DNA of 64,000 nt from Candidatus Aminicenantes bacterium (GTDB taxonomy: Bacteria; Acidobacteriota; Aminicenantia; Aminicenantales; JAFGBC01). Shown one piece after another: positions 18,705 through 27,988 of the stretch; position 1 is the first letter of the stretch, and the number at the start of each line of letters is the position of its first letter. The notes below the pieces were generated by a model. The model was not told where the DNA came from and searched no databases. It saw only the letters and a program-made list of their open reading frames with translations. Location of the stretch: NCBI GenBank assembly GCA_963702005.1, contig OY969696.1:480001-544000 (forward strand), given 5' to 3'. The translations under genes were made by a program, and so were the position numbers.

Positions 18705-19178
18705 ATGAACGACATCGAGCGCACAGAACGGATCAAGGCCGCCCTGGGCGAACGGGCCGTCGAGATTACAAACCCCGCTCCGCAGCGGATCTTCGTGACC
18801 GTGGCCGCCCGGGACCTCCTGCCGGCCCTGGAACGGTTGAAGACCGACCTGGGCTATCGGCACCTGTCAACGATCTCGGGCGTCGACCTGGGCGACGTCT
18901 TCGAGGTCCTCTACCACATCGGCTACGAGGGCGGAAACCTCAACGTCCGGACCCAAATCCCCAAGGCCGATCCCAGGCTTCCCAGCATCTGCTCGGTCAT
19001 CCCGGGCGCCATCCTCTACGAGCGGGAGCTCCAGGATATGTTCGGCATCGTGGTCGAGGCCATCCCCGACGGCCGGAGGCTCGTCCTCCCCGACGATTGG
19101 CCGGACGGAAACTATCCTCTCCGCAAAGACTGGAAACACGTCCGGGCCGAGGAAAAGATCCCCGGAGGAAAGTCATGA
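18705..19178 (+). CDS. NuoC/EchD-like subunit
   Basis: HLSTISGVD, YERELQDMFGI, YPLRKDW. Confidence 0.9.
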   Translation: MNDIERTERIKAALGERAVEITNPAPQRIFVTVAARDLLPALERLKTDLGYRHLSTISGVDLGDVFEVLYHIGYEGGNLNVRTQIPKADPRLPSICSVIPGAILYERELQDMFGIVVEAIPDGRRLVLPDDWPDGNYPLRKDWKHVRAEEKIPGGKS

Positions 19179-20377
19179 AGTTCCAAATTCCGATAGGCCC
19201 CCAGCACCCGGCCCTCAAGGAACCCATCAGCCTCCGGATGACGGTCGAGGGCGAGGTCATTCGCGACGCCGACCTTCGCCTCGGTTACAACCACCGGGGC
19301 GTGGAAAAGCTCGCCGAGGAGAGGACCTACCTGCAGAACATCTACCTGACCGAGCGCATCTGCGGGATTTGCTCCCACTCCCACACGACCTGCTTCGTCC
19401 AGGGCGCCGAGAAGCTCCTGGGGGTCGAGCCGCCCCGGCGCGGCCTCTATCTGCGCTACCTTGTCGCCGAGCTGGAACGGGTCCACAGCCACCTTCTCTG
19501 GCTGGGCGTCGCCGGCCACGAGGCCGGTTTCGACTCCTTCTTCATGTACACCTGGCGGGATCGCGAAATCGTCATGGACATCCTTGAAATGATCTCCGGC
19601 AACCGCGTCCACTACGCCATCAACACCCTGGGCGGCGTACGCCGGGATATCGACGAGGCCCTCCGTCAGAAGATCCTCGATTCCCTGGGCCTGCTCCGAA
19701 CCCGGACCGAATACTACTTCAAGCTCGGGGCCAACGAACCGTCCTTCGTGGGCCGGCTGGCCGGCGTCGGCCGCCTGTCCAAGGAGGACGCCATCGCCCT
19801 CTGCGCCGTGGGCCCGACGGCCCGGGCCTCGGGCGTCGCCTTCGATGTCCGGAAGGACGATCCCTACGGCATCTACGGCGAGGTCCCCTTCGAAGTCTGC
19901 ACGGCCGACAGCTGCGACGTCCTGGGCCGGACCGTCGTCCGCATCAAGGAGCTTCTCCAGAGCTACAATATCATCGAATATCTTCTCCGGAACCTCCCGG
20001 ACGGCCCGGTTGCCGTCAAGGCTCCGCGCCGGGCCAAGCCGGGCGAGGTCGTCAGCCGTTACGAAGCGCCCCGGGGCGAGAACATCCATTACATCAAGGC
20101 CAACGGCAGCGACAAGCCCGAGCGGCTCAAGGTCCGGGCTCCCACCCTGGGGAACTACGCGGCGACCCTGGTCATGCTCAAGAACGGCTACATCGCCGAC
20201 ATCCCCCTCATCTTCGCCGCCATCGACCCCTGCATCTGCTGCGCCGAGCGGACGGTTGAGCTCGTCGACCGCCGCAGCGGCCGCCCCTCGGTCGTCACTT
20301 GGAGCGAACTCCGCCGGCGGGCCGCCCGCCGCGCCGGCCAAGCATCAAAAAAGAGGAACCTGGAATGGCCGCTCTGA
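19175..20377 (+). CDS. Group 4 [NiFe]-hydrogenase large subunit
   Basis: GPQHPALKEP, HRGVEK, L1 motif ERICGICSHSH, L2 motif DPCICCAER, followed by a C-terminal extension. Confidence 0.95.
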   Translation: MKFQIPIGPQHPALKEPISLRMTVEGEVIRDADLRLGYNHRGVEKLAEERTYLQNIYLTERICGICSHSHTTCFVQGAEKLLGVEPPRRGLYLRYLVAELERVHSHLLWLGVAGHEAGFDSFFMYTWRDREIVMDILEMISGNRVHYAINTLGGVRRDIDEALRQKILDSLGLLRTRTEYYFKLGANEPSFVGRLAGVGRLSKEDAIALCAVGPTARASGVAFDVRKDDPYGIYGEVPFEVCTADSCDVLGRTVVRIKELLQSYNIIEYLLRNLPDGPVAVKAPRRAKPGEVVSRYEAPRGENIHYIKANGSDKPERLKVRAPTLGNYAATLVMLKNGYIADIPLIFAAIDPCICCAERTVELVDRRSGRPSVVTWSELRRRAARRAGQASKKRNLEWPL

Positions 20378-21336
20378 AAACCCTGCTCTACATCTTCGTC
20401 TATCCCGGGCTCGTTTTTCTGTTCGTCTACGCGACCTTCTGCGAGTGGTTCGACCGCAAGGTCTACGCCCGCCTTCAGAACCGGATGGGGCCGACCCACA
20501 CCGGTCGCTGGGGCCTTCTCCAGCCCGTGGCCGATTTCGTCAAGCTGCTGGCCAAGGAAGACATCGTCCCCGAGAAGGCGGACAAGACGCTCTTCTCGCT
20601 TCTCCCCGTCTTAGGCCTGGCCATCGTCGCTACGGCCATGCTCCTCCTTCCCGTCTGGCATTATAATCCCGCCGTCGGCGGCTTCACTTCTTTCTCGGGC
20701 GACATCATCATCCTGCTCTACCTCCTGAGCCTGCCGACCCTCATTTTCTTCCTGGCCGGCTGGTCCTCGACGAACGTATTCTCGACGGTGGGCGGAACCC
20801 GCGTCTTGACCATGCTTTTCGGCTACGAGGTTCCCCTGTTCCTGACCGTCCTGAGCCCGGCCCTCCTGGCCGGGTCCTGGCGGCTGGCCGAGATCGCCCG
20901 GTTCTTCCAAGCCAGGCCCGTCCTTCTTCTCGTCAACCTGCCGGGGTTCATCCTCGCCGTCATCTGCGTCCAAGCCAAGCTCGAACGGACGCCCTTCGAC
21001 ATCCCCCACGCCGAGACCGAGATCGTCGGCGGGACCTTCACCGAGTACTCGGGCAAGAAGCTGGCCTTCTTCCGTCTCATGACCGACGTCGAAATGGTCG
21101 TATCGAGCGGCCTGCTGGCGACCGTCTTCCTGGGAGGCTTTCCGGGCGGGTTCGTCCTCGGGCTTGCTCAGTTCATCGTCAAGACGCTGTTCGTGATCTT
21201 CCTCCTCTCCCTGCTTCGCGCGGCCACCTCCCGGATCCGGGTCGACCAGGTCGTGTCCTTCGCTTGGGGCTACCTCGCGCCGCTCGCGGTCGCCCAGCTC
21301 TTCTTCGTCATTCTTCTCAAGGGGTTCCTGCTATGA
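20365..21336 (+). CDS. NuoH/EchB-like membrane subunit
   Basis: DRKVYARLQNRMGP, GLLQPVADFVKLLAKE, RTPFDIPHAETEIVGG..TEYSG. Confidence 0.93.
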   Translation: MAALKTLLYIFVYPGLVFLFVYATFCEWFDRKVYARLQNRMGPTHTGRWGLLQPVADFVKLLAKEDIVPEKADKTLFSLLPVLGLAIVATAMLLLPVWHYNPAVGGFTSFSGDIIILLYLLSLPTLIFFLAGWSSTNVFSTVGGTRVLTMLFGYEVPLFLTVLSPALLAGSWRLAEIARFFQARPVLLLVNLPGFILAVICVQAKLERTPFDIPHAETEIVGGTFTEYSGKKLAFFRLMTDVEMVVSSGLLATVFLGGFPGGFVLGLAQFIVKTLFVIFLLSLLRAATSRIRVDQVVSFAWGYLAPLAVAQLFFVILLKGFLL

Positions 21337-21788
21337 GAATCGCCGCGTTCGTCCCCGAGCTCCTCCGGCATCTTTTCAAGAAGCCGGCCACGGTCGACTA
21401 CCCGTTTCGGAAGCTCGCCGTCCCCAGGGACTTCCGGGGAACGCCCTTCCTCCATGCCGAGACCTGCATCGTCTGCCGGGCCTGCGAACGGGACTGCCCG
21501 GCCGAGGCCATCGAGATCGTCGAAGTCAACGCCGCCGAGAAGCGCTTCAAAATGACCATCCACAACGACCGCTGCGTCCACTGCGCGCAATGCGTCGATT
21601 CCTGCCCGACGGACGCCATGAAGATGGACGACAAGTTCGAGATCTCGGCCCTCAGCCGTTGGGATCTGAAGGCGGAATGGGAATATGTCCGGGCCGTCGT
21701 TAAGCCCAAGGCCGCGGCGCCGGGAGCGGCGCCCGCCGCGCCTCCGGTCGCGCCGCCCCCGGTTAAGCCCTCGGGGTCGGAGGCTTAA
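21333..21788 (+). CDS. NuoI/EchF-like 2x[4Fe-4S] subunit
   Basis: KKPATVDYP, CIVCRACERDCP, CVHCAQCVDSCP; Pro/Ala-rich tail. Confidence 0.92.
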   Translation: MRIAAFVPELLRHLFKKPATVDYPFRKLAVPRDFRGTPFLHAETCIVCRACERDCPAEAIEIVEVNAAEKRFKMTIHNDRCVHCAQCVDSCPTDAMKMDDKFEISALSRWDLKAEWEYVRAVVKPKAAAPGAAPAAPPVAPPPVKPSGSEA

Positions 21789-21842
21789 CGTACTTGACGT
21801 GCCGGTTGAATTCCCCCGCCCTTCATAAATAGCTTGTCGGAA

Positions 21843-22445
21843 ATGAGCCCCGGTTGGAAGTCCGCTTTACGCCGGGAGGTCGCCGCCGCCCGGCGGCTCG
21901 TCGTCCTCGGTGTCGGCGCCCGGGAGAAGGGGGACGACGCGGCCGGTGTCCTCTGCGCCGAGCAGCTTCGGTTTGCGCTTCGCGGCGTCCGCCCCCGCCG
22001 CATCAAAGTCATCGTTGCGGCTGACGTGCCCGAGAGCGCGACCGGCCCGATCCGCCGCTTCCGGCCCGCGCTGATTCTTATTATAGACGCGGCCCTCTCG
22101 AGGCGGCGGGCCGGCTCGGTCTTTTTCGTCGACCCCAAGGATTTAGCCGACCGGCCCTTGACGACACACGCGATGTCCCTCAAGCTCCTGTCTGCTTATC
22201 TGGAAGAAACGATCGGCGGCCGGGTTCTGCTCCTGGGGATACAGCCGAAAGTCGTGGCCTGGGGCGCCCCCCCCAGCGCCTCGGTTCTGGCGGCCGCCCG
22301 GGCCGTCTCGAAGGAAATTATCGCCGGATTGCGCGGGACGCTCGGCGGCGTCCCCCTCAGATCTTCATCGGCATCAGGACGTAGAGATATTTCATACCCT
22401 CCCCGGATTCGGGCCGGAGCAGGGCGGCGCTGTTCTCGTCCTTGA
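21843..22445 (+). CDS. Hydrogenase maturation endopeptidase (HycI-like)
   Basis: LVVLGVGA..KGDDAAG, VPES, IIDAA, TTHAMSL, LLGIQP. The 3' end overlaps the convergent dnaN. Confidence 0.88.
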   Translation: MSPGWKSALRREVAAARRLVVLGVGAREKGDDAAGVLCAEQLRFALRGVRPRRIKVIVAADVPESATGPIRRFRPALILIIDAALSRRRAGSVFFVDPKDLADRPLTTHAMSLKLLSAYLEETIGGRVLLLGIQPKVVAWGAPPSASVLAAARAVSKEIIAGLRGTLGGVPLRSSSASGRRDISYPPRIRAGAGRRCSRP

Positions 22446-23457
22446 GCTCGAAGCGGACTTTTTCGGCGGTCACCGTCATCAGAAAATCGAGAAGATACTG
22501 AGCGTTGAAACCGACCTCCAGATCCTGTCCCCGGTAATCCACGTCGATCTCGTCCTTGGCCTCTCCCATCTCCGGGTTTGAGGAGAACAGTCTCAGCTTG
22601 TTTTTCGTGATCGAAAACTTGATTCCCCGGGAACGCTCGGCCGAAAGCAGCGAAACGCGCCGGATGGCGTCCGCGATTTCGCCCCTGGAAACGACCAGGG
22701 CCTGAGGGTTGTCCTTGGGGAGAACCGCCTCGTAATTGGGGAATTTGCTTTCGATGATCCTCGAGATCAACGTCCGGTTCTTGACCTTGAAAAAGAGGTT
22801 ACTCTCGTCCAGGTCGAACTCGACGACCTCGCTCGAGAGCTTCCGGAGCTCTCCTAGGGTCTTCTTGGCGATGATGACCGAAATGGTGTTGGCCGGCCGC
22901 AAGTTATCCAGGGTCGTGGCCGTATACGCAAGTCGGTGGCCGTCCGTGCTGACCAGCTCGATTTGCTTGTTTTTGAGGGTCATCTGGGCCCCGTTCAGGT
23001 AGTAGCGCTGTTCCTGGGTGATCGCGTAGTAAACGCCGTCGATCATCTCCTGGACCTTGTCCAGGGGGAGGACGATATTCTTCTCGAATTTCGGCTCGGG
23101 AACCTGGGGATAATCCTCGCGGGGAAGACAGTGAACCTTAAATTCGCTCTGACCGGAGGCGATCCGGAGCGTCTGCTCCCGTCCGGTCTCAAAGGTCACG
23201 TTTTCGCCGTCCCGGAGCGATTTGACGATCTCGAAGACCTTTTTCCCCGGAATCGTGATCGACCCCGGCTTGTCGGTCGGAGTCTCGATCCGGGCCTTGA
23301 GCCCGACCTCGAGATCGGTCCCGGTCAGTTCGATGTCGTTGACGTCAACTTCCATCAGGATGTTGGCCAGGATCGGCATCGTATTCCGTTTCTCGACAAT
23401 CCCTTGCAGGAGTTGAAGCTCTTCGAGAATGTTCTCTTTGAGGATTGAGAATTTCAT
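22357..23457 (-). CDS. dnaN: DNA polymerase III beta clamp
   Basis: MPILANIL, GTDLEVG, VSTDGHRLA, FPNYE, GFNAQYLLD, VLMPMKI. Confidence 0.97.
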   Translation of the reverse strand: MKFSILKENILEELQLLQGIVEKRNTMPILANILMEVDVNDIELTGTDLEVGLKARIETPTDKPGSITIPGKKVFEIVKSLRDGENVTFETGREQTLRIASGQSEFKVHCLPREDYPQVPEPKFEKNIVLPLDKVQEMIDGVYYAITQEQRYYLNGAQMTLKNKQIELVSTDGHRLAYTATTLDNLRPANTISVIIAKKTLGELRKLSSEVVEFDLDESNLFFKVKNRTLISRIIESKFPNYEAVLPKDNPQALVVSRGEIADAIRRVSLLSAERSRGIKFSITKNKLRLFSSNPEMGEAKDEIDVDYRGQDLEVGFNAQYLLDFLMTVTAEKVRFELKDENSAALLRPESGEGMKYLYVLMPMKI

Positions 23458-23571
23458 TTTTCCACCTTTCCTGGGGGCCTCTTTAATCTTCTTTAATATA
23501 TATATTATCTAAGTAAGAAAGAAAAGAAAGAAGGAGAATATGTGGACAACGGTCGTAACTCCCTGATTTCA
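23458..23571. other. Candidate oriC unwinding region (DnaA box, trio-like repeats, AT-rich cluster)
   Basis: Minus strand reads TTGTCCACA (23549-23541), TATT, CTC CTT CTT TCTTTTCTTTCTTACTTAG, ATAATATATATATTAAAG. Extremely AT-rich for this window. Confidence 0.75.
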
Positions 23572-24903
23572 TCACTGGATCTGGTTCATTAGATTGTGGA
23601 TTTCTTTGTTGAATTCCGGGTCGTCATTTCTCATTTTCTCGATTTTACGGACGCTGTGCAGGACGGTCGTATGGTGTTTTCCACCGAATTTTTTCCCGAT
23701 CTCGGGCAGGGACGCGTTGGTCATTTCCTTGGATAGGTACATACCGACCTGGCGGGGGAAGGCGACCTTGGGGGAGTTGTTCTTGGCCTTGAGCTGGGTC
23801 AGCTTGATCTTGTACTGATGGCAGATAAACTTCTGGATGTTTTCGACGGTCACGGCGTGGGCGCTCGAGTCAAGAAGGCTCTTGAGGGCCTCCTTGGTCA
23901 GGTCCAGGTCGACGGCCTCGCCCTTGAGGGACGAGTAAGCCAGGACACGACGCAGATAGCCCTCGAGCTCCCGGATGTTGGAGTGGACCTTGTCGGCGAT
24001 GAACAGGGCGACGCTTTCGGGAATCGGAACGCCCTCGACCTCGGCCTTTTTCTTGAGGATGGCGATCCGAGTTTCGATGTCGGGCGGCTTCAGGTCGGCG
24101 ATCAGGCCCCATTCGAACCGGGAGCGGAAGCGCTCCTCGAGGTTCGGAATCTCCTTGGGCGCACAGTCGCTGGAGATGACGATCTGCTTCTGGCTGTCGT
24201 AAAGGTGGTTGAAGGTGTGGAAGAATTCCTCTTTGGTCCGCTCGCGGCCGGCCAGGTAATGGATGTCGTCGATGAGCAGGACGTCGACACTCCGGTATTT
24301 CTGACGGAAATCCAAAATTTTGCCGTATTGGAGGTGGTTGATAAGGTCGTTCATGAACTTCTCGGTCGTCACGTACAGGACGCGGAGGCGCTGGTTGGTT
24401 TTGAGGATGAAATGGCCGATGGCGTTCATGAGGTGGGTCTTGCCCAGCCCGGCATCTCCGTAGACGTAGAGAGGGTTGTAAGACTTGGCCGGGTTTTTGG
24501 CGACGGCGGTCGCCGCGGCGTGGGCGAACTGGTTGCAGGAGCCGACGACGAACTGCTCGAAGACGTAGTTCGGATTCAGGTTGGGGTTGAGGAGGGCGAC
24601 CCGGGCGGTTTTCCGGTCCTGGGCGGGCCCCCGCTTGAACGAGGAGGGCGTTTCGTCGTGGATATAGCGGATCTCGAGAGCCTTCCCGAACAGATTCAGG
24701 GAGGCCTCGTTGATGAGGCCGACGTAGTGGAAAGAGAGCCAATCCTTGAAGTAGGCGTTGGGAACTTTGATGTAGAGGGAGTCCCGCTCCTGCCCGATGA
24801 AGGCGGTCGGCTCGAACCAGGTCTCGAAGCTGCCCCGGTCGATCTTCTTTTGGATCTCTTGGGTGATCTGGGCCCAAGGATCGAGCTTCTCTTTCGGTTC
24901 CAT
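23572..24903 (-). CDS. dnaA: Chromosomal replication initiator
   Basis: YNPLYVYGDAGLGKTHL, LLIDDI, EEFFHTFN, RSRFEWGL, FGGKHHTTVLHS. Confidence 0.98.
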   Translation of the reverse strand: MEPKEKLDPWAQITQEIQKKIDRGSFETWFEPTAFIGQERDSLYIKVPNAYFKDWLSFHYVGLINEASLNLFGKALEIRYIHDETPSSFKRGPAQDRKTARVALLNPNLNPNYVFEQFVVGSCNQFAHAAATAVAKNPAKSYNPLYVYGDAGLGKTHLMNAIGHFILKTNQRLRVLYVTTEKFMNDLINHLQYGKILDFRQKYRSVDVLLIDDIHYLAGRERTKEEFFHTFNHLYDSQKQIVISSDCAPKEIPNLEERFRSRFEWGLIADLKPPDIETRIAILKKKAEVEGVPIPESVALFIADKVHSNIRELEGYLRRVLAYSSLKGEAVDLDLTKEALKSLLDSSAHAVTVENIQKFICHQYKIKLTQLKAKNNSPKVAFPRQVGMYLSKEMTNASLPEIGKKFGGKHHTTVLHSVRKIEKMRNDDPEFNKEIHNLMNQIQ

Positions 24904-24916
24904 CCTGGCGCGTTAG

Positions 24917-24948
24917 ATTTCCACAGAATTTTCCACAATTGTGGAAAA
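24917..24948. promoter_or_regulatory. Three clustered DnaA boxes upstream of dnaA
   Basis: ATTTCCACA (24917-25), TTTTCCACA (24929-37), TGTGGAAAA (24940-48). Confidence 0.8.
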
Positions 24949-25030
24949 CCTTCGGGGGTTGCTGTCAGCCCGAAAAGGCTCCGCAATCATAGCATTTCGG
25001 AATCCGAAATACAAGGCTTTTTTAGCTCGG

Positions 25031-27976
25031 TCAGAAGTCGTAGCCGATCCAGAACCGCAGGAGGAAACCGCCCTGCGATTTGATGTCGAACGGGCGGCCG
25101 ACCGTGGGGAGATAGAGGCGCTTGACCCAGTCGAAATGGAGCGGGAGCCCCAAGAAAAAGACCTCGAGCCCATACCCATACGAGCCGACGGCGTCGTAGG
25201 CCGCCGACGGGATCCCGAAGGGGTTGTTGTAGACGAAAAACTTGGCGGGATAGCCCGAGAGCTTGGCGCGCGAAAAGTCGAAGAAGACCAGCCCCCGAAC
25301 CGGGCCGATGGTCCCCAGCACGGTCGCGGCGGCGTTGATGAGGGGCATCCGGAACTCGGCGTTGGCGTACCAGCCCTCGCTGGCGACGATGTTCATGTAA
25401 TCGACGGAGCGAACCTGGTTATTCCCGCCGAAATAGAAGATGTACGGGTCCCGGCCCCGGCTGGCGAACCCACGGAAGCGGAGGGCGAACAAGCTGTCCA
25501 TCCCGACGTACAGATACCGGCGGAGGTCGACCTCAAGGTTCGTGTTCCGGAAGAAATTCCGGGCGACCGGGATGGATTGGGAGATCGAAACATGGAAGGT
25601 GGAACCGGCCGCGGGCCCGTAAGGGTAACGGAAGCGGGTCGTTTCGCCGGTTAGGGAGAAGCCGGCCGAGAGGACGTTCCCGTTCCAGAAATACTGGTAG
25701 CTGCCGGCCGGGGCGACGGACGGATCCAAGAACTCCTCGGCGTAACGGAAGAACCCGATGTTCGCTTCGGCCCGGTAGTATTTATTGAACGGATAGAAGG
25801 CCGCGGCCGTCGCCCCGGTGATCGTCCGGGTGGCCAGGGCGTCCGCGTAGGTCATGGTGGAATAAGGGGTCGGGTTGAAATAAGCATAGGGCGGGTAGTA
25901 GTAACGCGTGTACTTGAAGGCGCTGGCCATGAACTGGAGGCGCCGCCCCTGATTCAGGTAAGCCGCCGCATAGGACCGGAAGCCCCGGACTTGCGAGGCT
26001 TCGACATAGAGGGAGTGGTTGGCGAGGAGGTCGCTGAACAGGAGAGCCGACCCGCCGTAGAAGGAGCCGTCGGTGGCCAGGAAGGTGTCGAGGGGAGGGC
26101 GGTTGGCCAGGAACAGCTTTCCGATGCCCCGGTAGGGCGCGATCTTGTCCTTCTTGATCTCCAGGGTGACGAGGGGCTCGAAAGCCTTGGGGGCCGTGTC
26201 TTCGGGAAGCTCCGCGAAGGTCGAGGTCCCCTCGGGCGTTCCTTCCAGGCGGTCCTTGAAGATCTGGAAGGCGCCCTTATGAAAAGAGGAGAAGACGATC
26301 TCGCCGGGACGGCCGGGGAGCGGCGTCGGAAAATAGTTGCCGGTCCGGACGTCGCCGTAGCGCTTGATCTGTCCGGTCCCAAGATCGAGCGAATAGATGT
26401 TGAAAGCGCCCCGCAGATCGCCCGAGAAGAACAGGGTTTGGCCGTCGGCCGAGAAACAGGGGGAGATGGTGTTCCCTTCGCCGAATGTCAGTTGCGTTTT
26501 TTTCTTGAGGTTGTCGAGCGGGGAGACGAAGATTTTATCGAAGCCCCGGAGGTGGATCGTATAGGCCAGCGTTTTTCCGTCGGGCGACACGGCCGGGGCT
26601 TTTTCGTAGAGCGCGTCTCGGGTCAGGTTGTCGACGGCCCCCGAGGCGAGGTCGAGGCGATAGATGTCGTGGAGCCCGTTCCGGAAGGCCGTAAACAGCA
26701 GCGCCCCGCCGCCCGGAAGGAAGCAGGGCGCGTGAGGCTGGTCGAGAAGAATCCGCCTCTTCTGAATCAGGGCTCCGCTGAGCGGTCGGACGACGTACAG
26801 GGAATACTTGTCCCCGTCGCGGCCGAAGAAGGCGAGCCGGTCGCCGTCGGGGGACCAGTCGATGTTCCTGCCCCGGGAGGCGTCGACTTCGTACTTGATG
26901 TATTCCCAGCGCCGGGTGAATCCCCGGGTGATGTTCTTGAGGATCCGGCCGTCGTCGGTCGCGATCAGGATGACGTCGACCTCCTGGTCCTTGAGATTAT
27001 AGGAAAGACCGGCCAGGAGGTCTCCCGAGGGCGAGACGGCGTGCGACAGGTCGAAATAGTACGGATTGGCGGGGAAGCTCGGCCCGAGCGGGTTGCTGTA
27101 GTCCTCGGGCGAATCCCGCAGCAGGAATTCCTTGTTCTTTTCCCGGAGGTATTTCTTGAACTCGAAATTGAAGTCGCGGACCTTGATGGCGAAGGCCCGC
27201 TGGAGGGGATCGCGCTTACCGATCAGCGGCGAGTTCTGCAGGCTCTGCCAGAATTCGCGAGTCGCCGTCTCCCCGTATTTATGGTTGATGAACTCGTAGA
27301 TGGCGTGGCCGAAGTCGTAGGCCGGATCCCGGGGGAGGAACGCCGGGGAAACAAGCTCCCCGCCCTCGCTGATCTCCGGGATGCGGTCGGTCAGGACGGC
27401 GTCCCGGACGATGAGGGAGGACCAGGGCGACCAAGTTTCCGTGGCGAATTCGGAGAATCCCTCGAACACCCAAGCCGGCGGCTGGCTCACGGCATAGAGG
27501 CCGGCGCCGGGCTTCCCCCACAGGATATCGAACTCGAAGACGTGGGCCAGCTCGTGCTCGACCAGGGCCTGGAGTTCGTCAAGGGGCATGTCGCCGTAGA
27601 TGCCGATCCGGTACAGGGCCGGTTCGGAAACGCCCAGGATTCCTTCCGAGACGGGAAAGAGGTTGGTCTGCTCGAAATCCGTATAGGTCGTGTAATAAAG
27701 GATGGGGACGGGAACCGACATTTCATGCTTGAGGAAACGGCTGATCTTTTGGTAGGCGCTTTCGGCCAGCTCGGCGACGCTCTTGAGGAGGTCGAGGTCC
27801 TCGTTGTAGAAGTAGATCTGAAAATGTTCGGTCGAATAGCTTTTCCAGGCGAAGCGGCCGTACTGGACCTTGTTCTTTCCGTAATAGGGTTGTTCGTATA
27901 AGCCCTGGGCGGAGGCGAGGGCGGCCCAGCCCAGGATTATACCGATGAGGAGGAGCCGTTTCCGCGAAGATCTCAT
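25031..27976 (-). CDS. Exported multidomain protein: HExxH metallopeptidase-like domain, TolB/PD40 beta-propeller, Omp85/BamA-type beta-barrel
   Basis: Signal peptide (ASA-Q), YGKNKVQY, HELAH...PAWVFEGFSEF, repeated SPDG/SPSG motifs, FGGNNQVRS (VRGF-like), NAEFRMPL, C-terminal FWIGYDF. Confidence 0.8.
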   Translation of the reverse strand: MRSSRKRLLLIGIILGWAALASAQGLYEQPYYGKNKVQYGRFAWKSYSTEHFQIYFYNEDLDLLKSVAELAESAYQKISRFLKHEMSVPVPILYYTTYTDFEQTNLFPVSEGILGVSEPALYRIGIYGDMPLDELQALVEHELAHVFEFDILWGKPGAGLYAVSQPPAWVFEGFSEFATETWSPWSSLIVRDAVLTDRIPEISEGGELVSPAFLPRDPAYDFGHAIYEFINHKYGETATREFWQSLQNSPLIGKRDPLQRAFAIKVRDFNFEFKKYLREKNKEFLLRDSPEDYSNPLGPSFPANPYYFDLSHAVSPSGDLLAGLSYNLKDQEVDVILIATDDGRILKNITRGFTRRWEYIKYEVDASRGRNIDWSPDGDRLAFFGRDGDKYSLYVVRPLSGALIQKRRILLDQPHAPCFLPGGGALLFTAFRNGLHDIYRLDLASGAVDNLTRDALYEKAPAVSPDGKTLAYTIHLRGFDKIFVSPLDNLKKKTQLTFGEGNTISPCFSADGQTLFFSGDLRGAFNIYSLDLGTGQIKRYGDVRTGNYFPTPLPGRPGEIVFSSFHKGAFQIFKDRLEGTPEGTSTFAELPEDTAPKAFEPLVTLEIKKDKIAPYRGIGKLFLANRPPLDTFLATDGSFYGGSALLFSDLLANHSLYVEASQVRGFRSYAAAYLNQGRRLQFMASAFKYTRYYYPPYAYFNPTPYSTMTYADALATRTITGATAAAFYPFNKYYRAEANIGFFRYAEEFLDPSVAPAGSYQYFWNGNVLSAGFSLTGETTRFRYPYGPAAGSTFHVSISQSIPVARNFFRNTNLEVDLRRYLYVGMDSLFALRFRGFASRGRDPYIFYFGGNNQVRSVDYMNIVASEGWYANAEFRMPLINAAATVLGTIGPVRGLVFFDFSRAKLSGYPAKFFVYNNPFGIPSAAYDAVGSYGYGLEVFFLGLPLHFDWVKRLYLPTVGRPFDIKSQGGFLLRFWIGYDF

Positions 27977-27988
27977 GGCGACACCCTC

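Noticed and set aside
19175-20377. Selenocysteine ([NiFeSe]) recoding
   Set aside because: The L2 motif uses TGC Cys codons and there is no in-frame TGA.
12358-21788. Calling the operon NADH dehydrogenase (nuo) or Mbx/Ehr
   Set aside because: All four Ni-ligating Cys are retained, a maturation protease is adjacent, and nuoEFG are absent.
22267-22274. C8 run in the protease gene and G8 run in ispD (48013-48020) as frameshift sites
   Set aside because: Both reading frames continue with family-typical residues after the run.
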